A DNA stretch of 64,000 bases, taken from contig NC_058368.1 of assembly GCF_018350175.1 (NCBI RefSeq), forward strand, positions 199,084,001 through 199,148,000, written 5' to 3'. A program made the translations under genes and the position numbers. The stretch is from Felis catus (taxonomy: Eukaryota). This document shows positions 12,336-24,908 of this stretch, piece by piece; position 1 is the stretch's first letter; each line of letters starts with the position of its first letter. The notes below the pieces were generated by a model. It ran no database searches and was not told the origin of the DNA. It worked only from the letters and a program-made list of their open reading frames with translations.

Positions 12336-12553
12336 ATATTTATTTTTTAATATTTATTTATTTTTGAGAGAGAAACAGAGTGTGAGCAGGGGAGTGGCAG
12401 AGAGAGACAGACAGACAGACAGAGAATCTGAAACAGGCTCCAGGCTCTGAGATGTCAGCACGGAGCCCAATGTGGAGCTTGAACCCACGAACCGTGAGAT
12501 CATGTCCTGAGTCGAAGTCAGATGCTTAACAGATTGAGCCACCCAGGCGCCCC
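12336..12553 (-). mobile_element. CanSINE (SINEC_Fc-type)
   Basis: full SINE body ending gagccacccaggcgcccc. Confidence 0.9.
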
Positions 12554-13375
12554 TCATTTCTTTTTATTTTACTAATAATTCTTGGCCTCTTTTGATATCC
12601 TTTTTCATTCCTTTAAGAATTCCCTGAAAGCTGAGCCTCCCTTCCCCTGAAAACATATATATGTAACAGTTTCTAAGGGTTCGTAGATCCCTTGAATCCC
12701 ATCATGGAGCCCAGTATAAATGTATCAATGTAAGTATTCATTACTAAAAGCCAGACATGAGTTTAAAAGGCAATTCTTTGCAGTGGGGTGTCTTTCCTAT
12801 GTACGTGTAACTCTGACCAAAGTAGGCCCCACCAAGCAGTATTCTGTAAGGAGACTGCTTTCCTGGGAACCTACTCCAAGCAGAACAGAACTGCAATACT
12901 CAAATAGGCTCATTGGGCACATGCCACCCTCACTAACAACAGCTGCAGAGATTCTCTCAGGACTTTATGAAGATACAAAAGGATTAAATGAGAATGACTA
13001 AACAGCATGAAATAAGAACTATGTGCAGTTTACTATATAGTAAACTTTATAGTAAACATGTACAGTATGTTTATATAATAGGCTATAAATGATACACAGA
13101 GGGCCCTGGTAAGAGTTTCCAATTCCTTCTTGCTAGATACTGGTGAAATCTTATCAAGTGTGGCTGAGAATATAGTCTCTTGTCTGGACAAGTCAGGGTT
13201 GTGATGATCCTCTGAGTTTCCCATATTGTCCCCCTAACCTAATAATCTGCACTTGGAGTGTGGCTTCCTCCTAGCAGGGCCCTTGATAACCATGGAAGAA
13301 AACTTTTTACGCAGTAGCTGGGATGGGGACTAATCAGATAATCGAAAATACAGGTTTGAGATGAGCTATCCTTTA

Positions 13376-13580
13376 GGGGCACCTTGGTGGCTCGGTCGGT
13401 GAAGTGTCTGACTCTTGATATCAGCTCAGGTCATGATCTCACAGTTTGTGAGATTGAGCCCCGCATCAGGCTCTGCACTGACAGGTGGAGGCTACTTGGG
13501 ATTCTCTCCCTCCCTCTCTCTCTCTGCCCCTCCTCTGCTTGCATAGGTGCTCTTTCTCAAAAATAAATGTTAAGAAAAAG
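13376..13580 (+). mobile_element. CanSINE (older subfamily)
   Basis: ggggcaccttggtggctcggtcggtgaagtgtctgactcttgat... (CT)n, aaaataaa. Confidence 0.9.
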
Positions 13581-13674
13581 AGAGATATCTTTTTGACATT
13601 ATATTATCTTTAGCTAACACAAGGAAAAGATATATATGTATATTTAACATTTTATTTTTACTTACAGCATATAC

Positions 13675-13755
13675 TAGGTTCAGATAAGCATATGAAATTA
13701 CTGATATGCAACTATTTCCGACATTCAAAGTAGAGCTTTCGTAGGACACAACCTA
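13675..13755. mobile_element. MADE2-like mariner MITE
   Basis: about 80 bp with inverted ends taggtt...aaccta and internal catatgaaatt..gatat..caactattt; recalled similarity to MADE2. Confidence 0.55.
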
Positions 13756-14155
13756 AAAAAGGTGTTCATTTAAATCTTGGTCTTCTGATCAGCATTCCAA
13801 ATCACTTTTTTTTTTATTATCTACACCTATATGTATCCTTTACAATTTTTGTTTGTATTTTATTGAAGTATACCTAAACTTGCAGGCATTTGTTCTGGAA
13901 TCTGAATATAGAATATATTTCTAGGGTTGTTTTTTTTTTTCTCTTTAATCTCTTATAGTTGTCTTACCCATACAGCTATTGCCCATAATCTGATAACAGC
14001 CTTTTCTCTACAGACTGACTTTTGTTAAATCTTTCCAAGCTTCCAGGTATTTTCTGAAGCAAATACCTAGGACTAGTTTCAGGCAGAATCCTGAAGTTGG
14101 TCAAAGTTATCTCCAGTACATTTCCTCCCACTTACCCTCATTTACCTCAGGGTGA

Positions 14156-14297
14156 ATTCTGATTCAAGATAGCAATGTAGGAAGATCCTGAATTCACCTC
14201 CTTCCGCAGATACACTGAATCTACAGCTACATATGGAACAATTTCCTCTGAGAAAATAAAAACAACCCAAACTAGCAGAGTGACTCATGCATCAGGC
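14156..14297 (+). mobile_element. isolated L1 5'-end fragment, inverted copy of 12119-12261
   Basis: about 8-9 differences over ~142 bp to the reverse complement of 12119-12261; no poly(A), no TSD. Confidence 0.9.
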
Positions 14298-14399
14298 CCC
14301 CACTGGTCAGACCAATCTCAGATGGATTTGCTAAGACCCATCTTCTAAGGATAGGATGTGATCTTCACATGGCTCTCTTGCCTTCCTCTCCTCTGTCTC

Positions 14400-15180
14400 A
14401 GGGCTCTGGTCACTCTAAGTTTATCTGCAGGTGTTAGGATATGCTTGCTTCTTTCCAAACTCACTGGTACTTTGGTCCAATCTACCATTGACTCCCACTT
14501 GGACTTCTATAACAGCATCCTACCTATTTCCTGGAATCCTCTCTGACTCTGTCCAACATTTTTTTTTTCACAAAGCAGTCACAGTGGGTCTTTCTGAGGT
14601 ACAAATCTGATCATGTCACTCTCCGTTTGAAGGTTTTCATTGGCTTCCCATTCTCTCAGAATAGACACCAAACTGTCTATTCTAAGCGTTTGAAGGTTTG
14701 AAGGTTTGAAGGTTTTCATTGGCTTCCCATTCTCTTAGAATAGACACCAAACTGTCAAAAGTACCCTTGAGGTTCTTTAAGACCTGGCCTTGCCTACCCT
14801 TCCATGCCTTTGTGCCTCACACCTCTTCCCTTGCTCTCTGTGTTCCAAGAATTTTGTCTTCTTTCAATTCGTCATGTACTCTATGCTCTTCTCTGCCTCC
14901 AGATCTTCTGTTCCTTCTCCCTGGGATACCATCAGTTTTATCACTCAGTTGCACCCAGAGAGCCCTTCTCCCATGGTCTAAAATCCTAGAGTACCCTGTA
15001 GCACCCTTTTTGGAATGTTCTTCAAACTTCAAGTTCCTAGTCCAACATCTGACACATTCAATGGACTTTAAGATACATGGGGAGAGGAACTTTCCTTGTT
15101 GTGATTGTTGCTCTATCCCCAACACAATATCTGGCACTCAATAGATATTAACAGATATTTGTTGATTCAATGAATATATA
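14400..15180 (+). mobile_element. L2 (LINE2) 3' region, degraded
   Basis: acaaatctgatcatgtcactctcc...ggcttcccatt and terminal tctggcactcaatagatattaacagatatttgttgattcaatgaat. Confidence 0.7.
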
Positions 15181-15522
15181 TGGTGCCCTTCTCAGAGTAT
15201 TTGTCTCTGAATAAAAACACTTAGTAACATGAAACCTGTTAATTTCAAAGCACCCCAGTAGGCCAGTTGATAAGGTACTTATGGGCAGACTCACCTTTTC
15301 ATGTGCCTACTGGATTACATCATGTTGGGGAATTAAGAGCCTATAGGCTATCAAGAATGAATTTTGAATTCATCTCTTCCCAGTTCATATTCCATTATAT
15401 TTATTTCTCAGAATTATCTTGAGTCCTGGATTCATTCTCTTGAGAAGTTTCTGGGGATCCCATAATTTAACTACTTTTGTATTTGTCACCTATAGGGTAC
15501 ATGGAAAATAAATAATGTGGCA

Positions 15523-15730
15523 GGGGTGCCTGGGTGGCTGAGTCAGTTAATGATCTGACTCTTGATTTTGGTACAGATCATGAGCCCAGGGTCATGAGAT
15601 AGAGCCCCACATCAGGCTCTCTAGTGGGCATGCAGCCTGCTTGAGATTCTTTCCTCCTTCTCCTTCTGTCCCTCCCCTGTTTATGTGTGGACGCTCCTTA
15701 TCTATCAATCAATAAAGTAAAACAATTAAG
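15523..15730 (+). mobile_element. CanSINE (older subfamily)
   Basis: ggggtgcctgggtggctgagtcagttaatgatctgactcttgattttgg...; TSD-like aataa(t)gtggca on both sides. Confidence 0.85.
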
Positions 15731-16790
15731 CAAATAAGTGGCAAAAATACTGCCGTGGAGAAATGTCTCAGTCTTTCCCCGCCCCTGAGAGCACAACACA
15801 CTGGGAAGGGTAACAGAGCATTGGTCTCCCGCAGATGGGGCCTTCAGTCTCCTCAGTGGTGCTCTTGTCCACTCCAGCCTTCTGCTCTGACACTATGTGA
15901 GGCTGTGTCTTTAAGTGAGAAAGAAACTCACAAAGGAAGTATAACCTCGTCTTTGAGGTGATTGTTGAAATAAGCTTGCTTTGGTACACTGAAGACATTT
16001 TCCACTTCATTTTCCATTTTAGGCCTCATCAGTAACTTCCTGTATCTCCTTTTAAACAGACATCTTTGGCCAGAGAGGAGAAGCTGGTAACGTAAAAATA
16101 GCCAGATATCTGGTGATATTTCAAAGGCATAATGGAGAACTGTGACACATTGCTGTGTTGTGGGGCTCAGTTTATGTCTTCCATCTTCCTCAGGAAGACA
16201 GAAGAATTAGTCTGGTTTATGATGAGTTTTGTGTATGTTTATTGGAAAATGTTCTGCTTCAAAGAGACCTTTAACCTCTGGCCAAATGCACACTTCAGGG
16301 AAGATCCTCTATGTAGACCCGTGTGCACTTACGACATGGCACGTTTCAGACACGGCAGTTTCACGCGTTCCCAGATGCCAGGCTGAAGACAATATATTGT
16401 CTGTTGGCTTCAGTCAACCCTGGGCTATTCATCACTTTCTCTTGATGATACACTCAGCCATGCTCCTGGGTTTAGAAAATCAAAGTGCTGAAAGCATAAG
16501 GGCATATTATCTGGAGTACACCTACAGAAGCTCAGTTCTGATTGGGGCTATTGTTTAGGTTGACGACAAGTTCCTCACAAACCATTAGGTTTAGAGTTTA
16601 GTGTGTGGAAGACACATCTGAGGCTTCTTGCACCAGACCAAATGAGACCAGACACACAGATATTTCACGCAGTAACCACAAAAACATTCCTATCTTTTAA
16701 ATAGAAGAAGCCAACCTATTGTAACCTGCTCTGCAAACACTCATTTTATTTATTCATTCTCCTTTGACGCTTGGCACTTAACCTGAATGG

Positions 16791-16800
16791 TTTTGTTTTG

Positions 16801-16830
<30 letters not shown>
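16791..16830. repeat. (TTTTG)n microsatellite
   Basis: visible directly. Confidence 0.95.
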
Positions 16831-16833
<3 letters not shown>

Positions 16834-18428
16834 TGTTTTCAGTTTGACCAAACAGGAAGTAGAGAGCATCATTTGATTTTAAATCTCTTTTTCCTGAGTA
16901 GATATTTTGGATACAAAACAACAGTTAAACCCTATTTGTTTGGGACACGTAGGCAGGTAATTTGAGACACTTAGGGATTTCCCCCTTCTCTTTTCCCTGT
17001 CCACATCTGTGCTTGTAGGACAATGTCTCTGGAGATCCGTTAACTTAGCCATTAGGTCAAGCAGGCACCCATGGTTTATGAATAGTAAGCAAGACCATGT
17101 AGGAAAAAACAAAACACAACCATGGTGAGCAAGAACGTGAGGGTGGTGGGGGATGCACTGATCAAAACAGAACAGGACAGCCTGGCCAGGGAAGACGCAG
17201 CCGCCCTATAGGTGTGGCTGGAGTATCCACCCTAGGATGGTTGGGTCTGCTGGGGCACTAATTATTTTGCAGTCAGAAAGTGCCTGATGAAAGGCTTAAA
17301 GGAGAAATTCAATGCAGTTTCCTTTTATCTGCCTCTCCAATTGATGTCTATACAGAGCAAGCAGGGCTCCTCAAACACGCCAGCCTGTTTCAGATACACA
17401 AGATTAAGTAGCTAGTGACATTCAAGACCAATCGGCCCACCCAGGAGGACTGAAGCCAGCGGAAAAGCTGTCAGATTTCTCCTTTTCTCCATTAATCTTA
17501 AAGCTTTTCAGTGGTGCCAGGTCGCATCTCCATCAGACAAGCTGGGAAGAGTGTCCAGCAACTTTCCACACCCCCACCCCCGCACCCAGAAGAGTAACCC
17601 CTTCAGTGCTGAGCTGGTCTCTCAGGACTCAGGGCTTTCTCTTCTGGTCAGAAAGAGATCCTCACTGGCCCTGTGGCCTCACAACTCTGGGGGAAGCTAG
17701 AAGCAATGGTGGATTCCTTCCTTCTGCGTGCACAGCTGGTCCACTCCCCAGAGGCTGTGACACACAGGTGTCAGAGCAGCTGTCCTGGAGGAGACAGCTT
17801 TTTAGGGGTAACCGTGGGAGGACCGAGAAAATAGGTGCCCCCTCAGTAGTCCACGCTTTGCTATACCACACGGCTGTAGGGTTGGCGGAGAGGGGCAGCC
17901 AGGGGGGAAAGATGAGAGGAAAGCAGAAGAAAGGTCGTGCAAATAAAGGGAAATGGTCTGGATTCGTAACACTCCTTCCCCCACACCTCACTGCTAATCT
18001 CTCTGGAAGCAGATGACAACCTGGACAAGAAGTCACCAGTAGTGAGCAAAGGAACCTGTCTGCCAGCTTGGATAGAAGCTCTTGCTGAGTCAGAGTTTCC
18101 GAGAGCTGACAGGAGTGGCTCCATGAGCACAGTGGGGGTGGGTGATGCCTCTGGCTCGCAGAGCACCAGCATTGCCTTTGAAGATAGGACGCAGGAAACC
18201 GCTGGCTGGAAGGGCCCAGGTTCTTTTCCTTCTTTCTATGTACCCCTGAGAGCTCTTTCTGGAGCGTTTCTCTCCCAATCAGTCCCAGTCTGCCCCAACA
18301 ATAGGTGTCTGAGAAAGCTGTGGGCCCAGTTCCTTCAACTGGGGGTGATTTATGGCAGCAGGTAGAGACTGATCCTGCTCAAAAACTAAACTCTGGCCTC
18401 CACTAAAATCTTCCACAGCTCATATATT

Positions 18429-18432
<4 letters not shown>

Positions 18433-18489
<57 letters not shown>
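18433..18489. repeat. (CA)n microsatellite
   Basis: visible directly. Confidence 0.95.
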
Positions 18490-18493
<4 letters not shown>

Positions 18494-20119
18494 CTTGGTC
18501 CCAAAAACCCCATTCTTGAGCAGCATAGATCACTCTCTGGATGGGTTATCTTGTTCCCATTAGTAGGTGTATGCTTCCCACAGCTCCTACCCCACCCCAG
18601 ACGGCTGCTGGCAGCAAGGGCTCAGCCTCTTTCCCAAATGCAGGGATTATAAAATAGACCTCTGGGTGACTCGCTTTAGGGCAACTTTCTGCACAGTCCC
18701 CAGATGCGTTTAAATAACTTTTGTGACATCAAAGAAGTCACTCTCTGTATCAGTCCTGGCGAAACCAGGCCATCACCCAGAGTGAATAGCATCTCTTAAT
18801 TAGATTAAAATGTTAATGAGCATAAAGCTATGCTAAAATAGACTTGTCCTATCAGCCTCACCTAAACTGGGTAGAACAGATGTGCCATTGTTGAGTGTAT
18901 TAATATCTCTCCTCAAAGGAAAATCATCCTCCAAGGAAACAAATGATAGGTGTAATTATATCTAGGCATAATAGCATATATATTGAACATTGCCTTTGTC
19001 CGTATCATACAAATACATTTATCCTAATTGACCATGATTCAATACTTTGTTAAAGAAACAGCCACCAATAAAGAGTGCCCAACACAGGACTGTGCATGGA
19101 GTTGATACTAAACAATTTTTAAATTTATTATGTGCGTGTTCTAACTAATGCATTCAGTATACAAAGCACTTAGGTATTTGTATGGAATGTAAATTTCTAG
19201 CAACAGCATGATCCAACCTCTACTATTACAGTTAAGAAAAAGATAAGGACTCCCACGAAGGGAACTTAAGCCGCTGAGGGCAGGTGTTTTGTCTAGGAAT
19301 GTAACAAACAGAGGCTTTGTGTGATCAGACTCTCTCAAGGAAGGGCCAGCACTCAAGATCGTAATCACCCTGTATGGCCTGGGCCCAGCCTGGGTGGCTA
19401 GGCCGGCGGCTTGTGCTTCTCACCGTCCCTCATTGGCACCTGCCAAATTCTGAGGAAAGAGGAGGTCCTGGAGAGGGAACTGGTGAATGAATTGAATGAG
19501 AGTCCGGGAAGGTAGCCGGCTTCTGGCTGCAGGTGGTCAGCATGATAGATCCTTATTTGCAGCCTCCACAGCTTTCCCTTCTTCCTTTAAAGGCATCAGC
19601 ACGTTTTACGGTCCTTTAGAAATTCAGAACTGGCTGAGCACCATGGGGAGAGGAAGAAGAGAGGAATCACTCCTTAGTTGGCCCTACCTGGGGGAGATGA
19701 AGGGCTGGAAGTCCGCCATGTGTAGAGCTTCTGGCACAGGGCACCTCATACACTGTGCGGTAAGAATTGCCTCCTAACCGTAGAGAGGAAAGAGCTAAAC
19801 TTGGCTGTTCTCTTCTACAGTCTCCTTCCTTGTCTGGGCCCACCTGGAGAGGCTGAGGACTTGATTAGTTGGATACGGCACTCCTTTGAGAAGTTTTCTG
19901 AGCCTCCAAGGCATGGAGCCAGTCACACACCAGCCACCACTGGCTCTGTGGACATTATCAGGCCCTTAGGAAACTGGAAAAACAAGATTTGCCTTGGAAT
20001 TTTACTGTCATAAACTAGCTTCCTCCCTCCAACCACCCCACCCCAACTCCTATTAAGGCCAACCAGGTCTAGGTAAAAATAAACTGTATCTTCATTTCTT
20101 CAAAGGCAGATATTTAAAG

Positions 20120-20218
20120 AGTTTTTGAAAGTAATCTCTACACCCGACGTGGGGCTCAAACTCACAACACTGAGATCAAGAGCCACCTGCTCTTCCCACT
20201 GAGCCAGCCAGGAGCCCC
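20120..20218 (-). mobile_element. short tRNA-like CanSINE
   Basis: gtggggctcaaactcacaacactgagatcaagag...gagccagccaggagcccc. Confidence 0.8.
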
Positions 20219-20361
20219 AGGAAGACTTTATTCTGACAGATGGAAGCAATTCTCAATGTTGGACTCCAGCGCCGCCTCCCTTTCTTTTCTGTATAATCTT
20301 CTGGAGCAAAACCATGACTGAGCATAATAAGTGTGGTCATACTTTATAAAAGATATTCTTA

Positions 20362-20582
20362 TGGGAAAGGGGGGAGGAGAAGAGAGGGAAACAAACCACA
20401 AGAGCCTCATAAAAACAGAGAGCAAACTATGAGTTGACAAAAGGAGGTGAGTGGGAAATGAGCTGGATGGGTGATGGGTACTAAGTAGGGCACTTGTGAT
20501 GAGCACTGGGTGTTGTATGTAAGTGGTGAGTCACTGAATTCTCAAACCACTGCATGTTAACTAAAATTTAAATGTAAAGAAA
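20362..20582 (+). mobile_element. carnivore L1 3' UTR fragment
   Basis: gagggaaacaaaccacaagagcctcataaaaacagagagcaaact...ggtgatgggtactaagtagggcacttgtgatgagcactgggtgttgtatgtaag. Confidence 0.8.
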
Positions 20583-20859
20583 ACAAATTTTTCTTTGATA
20601 ATTCAATATAGAATTGGTACCTTGTCTGTATTTGGATTTAAGATCAGCGAATCAGTTTTCTAGATTTCTCAGTGAATTCCAAATAAATTTATAATTTATT
20701 TATTTTCTCTTCCATTACAGAAAGAGAAAAAAGTTGTGATTTAGGTTTGGAAATAAAGTGGTGGGGAACCCCAGCAGCACTTGCTTAACACTCTATGATT
20801 GAGAGGAAACTGGACCTTTGTAGAAGTTCTCTCTCTACTCCATCCCCCCTTGTTCTATT

Positions 20860-23455
20860 TTTTTTCCTTTTCTTTTTTAATTGAGATACAATTGACCTAC
20901 AACTTTATGGTAGTGGCAGGTGTACAACATAATGACCTGATATTTGTATATATTGTTAAATGATCATCACAATACATTGAATTAACATCCATCACCATAT
21001 CTAGTTACAATTTCTTTCTGTGATGAGAATTTTTAAGATCTCTCAGCAACCTTTATAAAAAATATTTATTTTTGAAACAGACAGACAGAGTCAGAGGGAG
21101 ACTGCACACAAATGGGAGAGGGACAGAGAGAGGGAAACACAGAATTCAAAGCAGGCTCCAGGCTCTGTGCTGTCAGCAACTTTCAAATATACGATAGTGT
21201 ATATTTTTAAGTAAGCTCTGCACCCAACTTGGTGCTTGAACTCACAACCCCAACATCAAGAGTCTCATGCTCCGTTGACTGAGCCAGCCAGGTTCCCCTA
21301 GGATGGAGTTTTAACTATAATCTCCATGCTGTACAGTATATCCCCAGGACTTATTTATTTTATAACTGGAGTTTGTACCTTTTGACCCCCTTCACCTGTT
21401 TTTCCCACCCCTACCCCCTGCCTCTGGCAACTACCAATCTGTTCTCTGTGTCCGTGAGTTCAGGTTTTTCAGGAATTTTTGGTTTTGTTTTGAATTCTAC
21501 ATATAAGTGAGATCATACACTTTCTCTGACTTATTTCACTTAGCATAATGCCCTCAGATCCGTCCATGTTGTCCTAAATGGCAAGATTCCATTATTTTTT
21601 ATGGCTGAATAATATCTAATTTTATTTGTTATATATATGTATATAATTGTAAATTATAAATAATAAATTTATTATATATATATATATAATTGTAAATAAT
21701 GCAATAAACACAGAAGTCTTATAGCTTTTCAAGTTAGCGTTTTCATTTTCTTTGGATAAATACCCAGAAATGGAATTGCTGGATCATACGGTAGTTCTGT
21801 TAATTTTTTTAGGGACCTCCACACTGTTTTCCATAATGGCTGCACCAATTTTCATTCCTGCCAGCAGTGCACAGGACTCCTTTTTATCCACATTCTTGCC
21901 AATATTTATCTCTTGTCTCTTTTTTTTTTAATGTTTATTTATTTATTTTGAGAGCGAGAGAGGGCATGAGCAGAGGAGGGGCAGAGAGAGAGAATCCCAA
22001 GCAGGTTCTGAGCTGCCAGCACAGAGCCTGACATGGGGCTTGATCCCACGAGCCGTGAGGTCATGACCTGAGCTGAAATTGAGTCGGACATGCAACCGAC
22101 TGAGCCACCCAGGTGCCCTTTTTGTCTTTTTTATAATAGCCAGTCTAACAGGTATGAAGTGATATTGTGGTTTCGATTTACATTTCCCTCATGAGTATTG
22201 ATGTTGAACACCTTTTAATCAATCTGTTAGTCATCTGTATGTCTCTGGAAAAATACCTCTTCAGATCCTCTGTTCGTTTTTCTTTTTCTTTTTCTTTTTT
22301 TTTTTTTTTAATTTTTGAGACCGAGAGAGACAGAGCATGAACAGGGGAGGGGCAGAGAGAGAGGGAGACACAGAATCGGAAGCAGGCTCCAGGCTCTGAG
22401 CCATCAGCCCAGAGCCCGACGCGGGTCTCCAACTCACAGACCGCGAGATCGTGACCTGAGCCGAAGTCGGACGCCCAACCGACTGAGCCACCCAGGCGCC
22501 CCTCTGTTCGTTTTTCAATCAGATTGGGGTGAGGTTTTTGTTGTTGTTGTTTGTTTTTACTGTTGAGTTGTAAAAGTTCTTTTTATATTTTGATATTAGC
22601 CCTTTATCAGATAAGTGATTTGCAAATATTTTCTCCCATTTGGTAGGTAGCCTTTTCATGGTGTTGATGGCTTTCTCTGCTGTGCAGAAGCTTTCTCATT
22701 TGATGATGTTCCACTTGTTTATTTTTGCTTTTGTTGCTTTTGCTTTTGGTGTCCCATCCAAAAAGTATTCTCCAAGTCTAATAATGTCAAAGAGTTACTG
22801 CCTATGTTCTCTTCTGGAAGTTTTATGGTTTCATGTGTTACATCAAGTCTTTAATCCAACTTGAGTTAGTTTTTAGATAATATGTAAGACAGTGGTCCAA
22901 TTTCATTCTTTTGCATTGTAGTTGTCCAGTTTTCCAGCACCATTTATTGAAAAGACTGTCCTTTCCTCATTGTATATCCTTGGCTTCTTTGTTACAAACA
23001 TATATGTGTGAGTTTGTTTCTGGACTCTCTCTTCTGTTCTATTGATCTATTTGTTTTTATGCCGATACCATACTGTTTTGGTTACCATAGCTGTGTAAAT
23101 AGTTTCAAGTTGGGGGAATATGATGCTCTATCTTTTTCTTTCCCAAGATTGCCTTGGCTATTCAGGGTCTTTTGTGATTCCATACACATTTTAGGATTGT
23201 TCTATTTCTGTGAAAAATGTCATTGGGGTTTTGATAGAGATTGCTTGAATCTGTAGATTGTTTTGGATTGTATGGGCATTTTAATACTACTGATTCTTCC
23301 AATCCATTAGCATGGTATAGCTTTATATTTATTTCTGTCTTTAATTTCTTTCATCACTGTCTTATCATTTTCAGTGTGCAGGTCTTTTACATCCTGAGTT
23401 AAATTAATTCCTAGGTGTTTTATTATTTTTGAAGCAATGTAAATTGGATTGTTTT
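20860..23455 (-). mobile_element. 5'-truncated older carnivore L1 with four SINE insertions (about 21055-21177, 21203-21298, 21920-22118, 22281-22502)
   Basis: L1 3' UTR and ORF2 remnants ([20 protein letters not shown]); the young SINE at 22281-22502 has TSD ctctgttcgtttt. Confidence 0.85.
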
Positions 23456-23460
23456 CTTTC

Positions 23461-23553
<93 letters not shown>
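23452..23553. repeat. (TTTC)n(TC)n microsatellite
   Basis: visible directly. Confidence 0.95.
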
Positions 23554-23557
<4 letters not shown>

Positions 23558-23889
23558 TTCCTTATATCCTCCTTGTATTTTATCTTGTGGAGGTAGAGAC
23601 CCATTTGTCCAGAACCAGAATCACTTGGTTCTTTCATTTTATTGGGCCTTTTCAGTTTATATGTTATTCCAAGTGTGTGTTGCTACCCACATGCCTTTCC
23701 GCCTTTTCTGAATCTTAACCACAAAGTAATCATTATGAGGAAGAGCATCTAAGTTTTAATTACATTGAAATATGGAATAATGTCCAGTCGGATAATACTC
23801 AACAAATCTCTAGGAGCTGATTTGTTTGGCACTCAACTTTCCTGGTGGGTTCATCAGATAAGTAGTCTCATTTAAAATAAAATGTGTCA

Positions 23890-24080
23890 GGGCACCTGGT
23901 TGGCTCAGTCGGTTGAGCTTCTGACTTCAGCTCAGGTCCTGATCTTGCAGTTTGTGAGTTTGAGCCCCACATTGGGCTCACTGCTATCAGTGCAGAGCCC
24001 AATTCAGATCCTCTGTCCCCCTTCTCTCTCCTGCTTGTATTCTCTCTTTCAAAAATAAACATTTTTACAAAGTTATGTTA
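23890..24080 (+). mobile_element. CanSINE
   Basis: gggcacctggttggctcagtcggttgagcttctgacttcagctcagg...; TSD-like taaaataaaatgt. Confidence 0.85.
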
Positions 24081-24865
24081 AAATATAAAATAAAATGTAT
24101 TGGCAGCATTTGAAAACCAATGCTGCCCTCAGTATCTTCCAGACCAGGCCCCTGACTTTCATGATTTACCATAGACAAGTTGGGAGTTTCAACTAATGAC
24201 TAATTGTGACAGATTAGGCAGAGCTCTTAGAAGGAAAGCCTTGATGAGCCTGGAGGCAAGGACTCCAGTGTGCACTGTGATGATCCTCATGCTAGTTAGA
24301 TTCTTTACTGCTCACATGAAATACCACCTTTATGGTCCACACATCCGTGTCTACAATAGCAGATCTTCAAATCAACCCAAGAGTGTTCAGGTATTTCTGA
24401 GATAGCTCAAATTTGCATGCCTGCCAAAATGGCTTCTGCTAAAAGTCAGGATGAGGCAAGAGATATTTTTGAGGTATAGTTTAATACTATAGAGACTATT
24501 TTAAACATTTCAAAAACGTTCAAAATGAAACACTTGTTCGTGATAAGGCTGCCTAGGCCATTACTCAATAAGTGTATATGTGTCTGTTTTACAAAAATCT
24601 TTCAAAATAAATGACTCAGTTGTGATCTGGAGAAATTAATAAAAGGAATTCTGAGTGGCAAACAGGTTGAGAGTCCCAATCTGAAACACAAGCTGACTTT
24701 ATGAATGAAGCACCATCCCTATATTAAGCATCTAGATCACCAGCAACCTATGTATGGGTCACATTTCTCCCAGAGAATCACCTTTAGAAAATGAGGCCTT
24801 GAAAGAACTTCAGATAAACTGCTGGTGTGGAATGGAGGCAATGTAAGAAAAGTATCACTCTCATA

Positions 24866-24868
<3 letters not shown>

Positions 24869-24906
<38 letters not shown>
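24869..24906. repeat. (GT)n microsatellite
   Basis: visible directly. Confidence 0.95.

Positions 24907-24908
<2 letters not shown>

Noticed and set aside
16060..16086. Collagen-like GQRGEAG reading of the candidate micro-exon
   Set aside because: Only two Gly-X-Y triplets and not in the usual collagen exon phase; compatible with chance.
17606..18365. Overlapping 100-136 aa ORFs on both strands
   Set aside because: No recognisable domain or exon structure; expected by chance in GC-richer DNA.
23307..23718. ER/KERK-rich ORFs
   Set aside because: Translations of the (TTTC)n(TC)n microsatellite.
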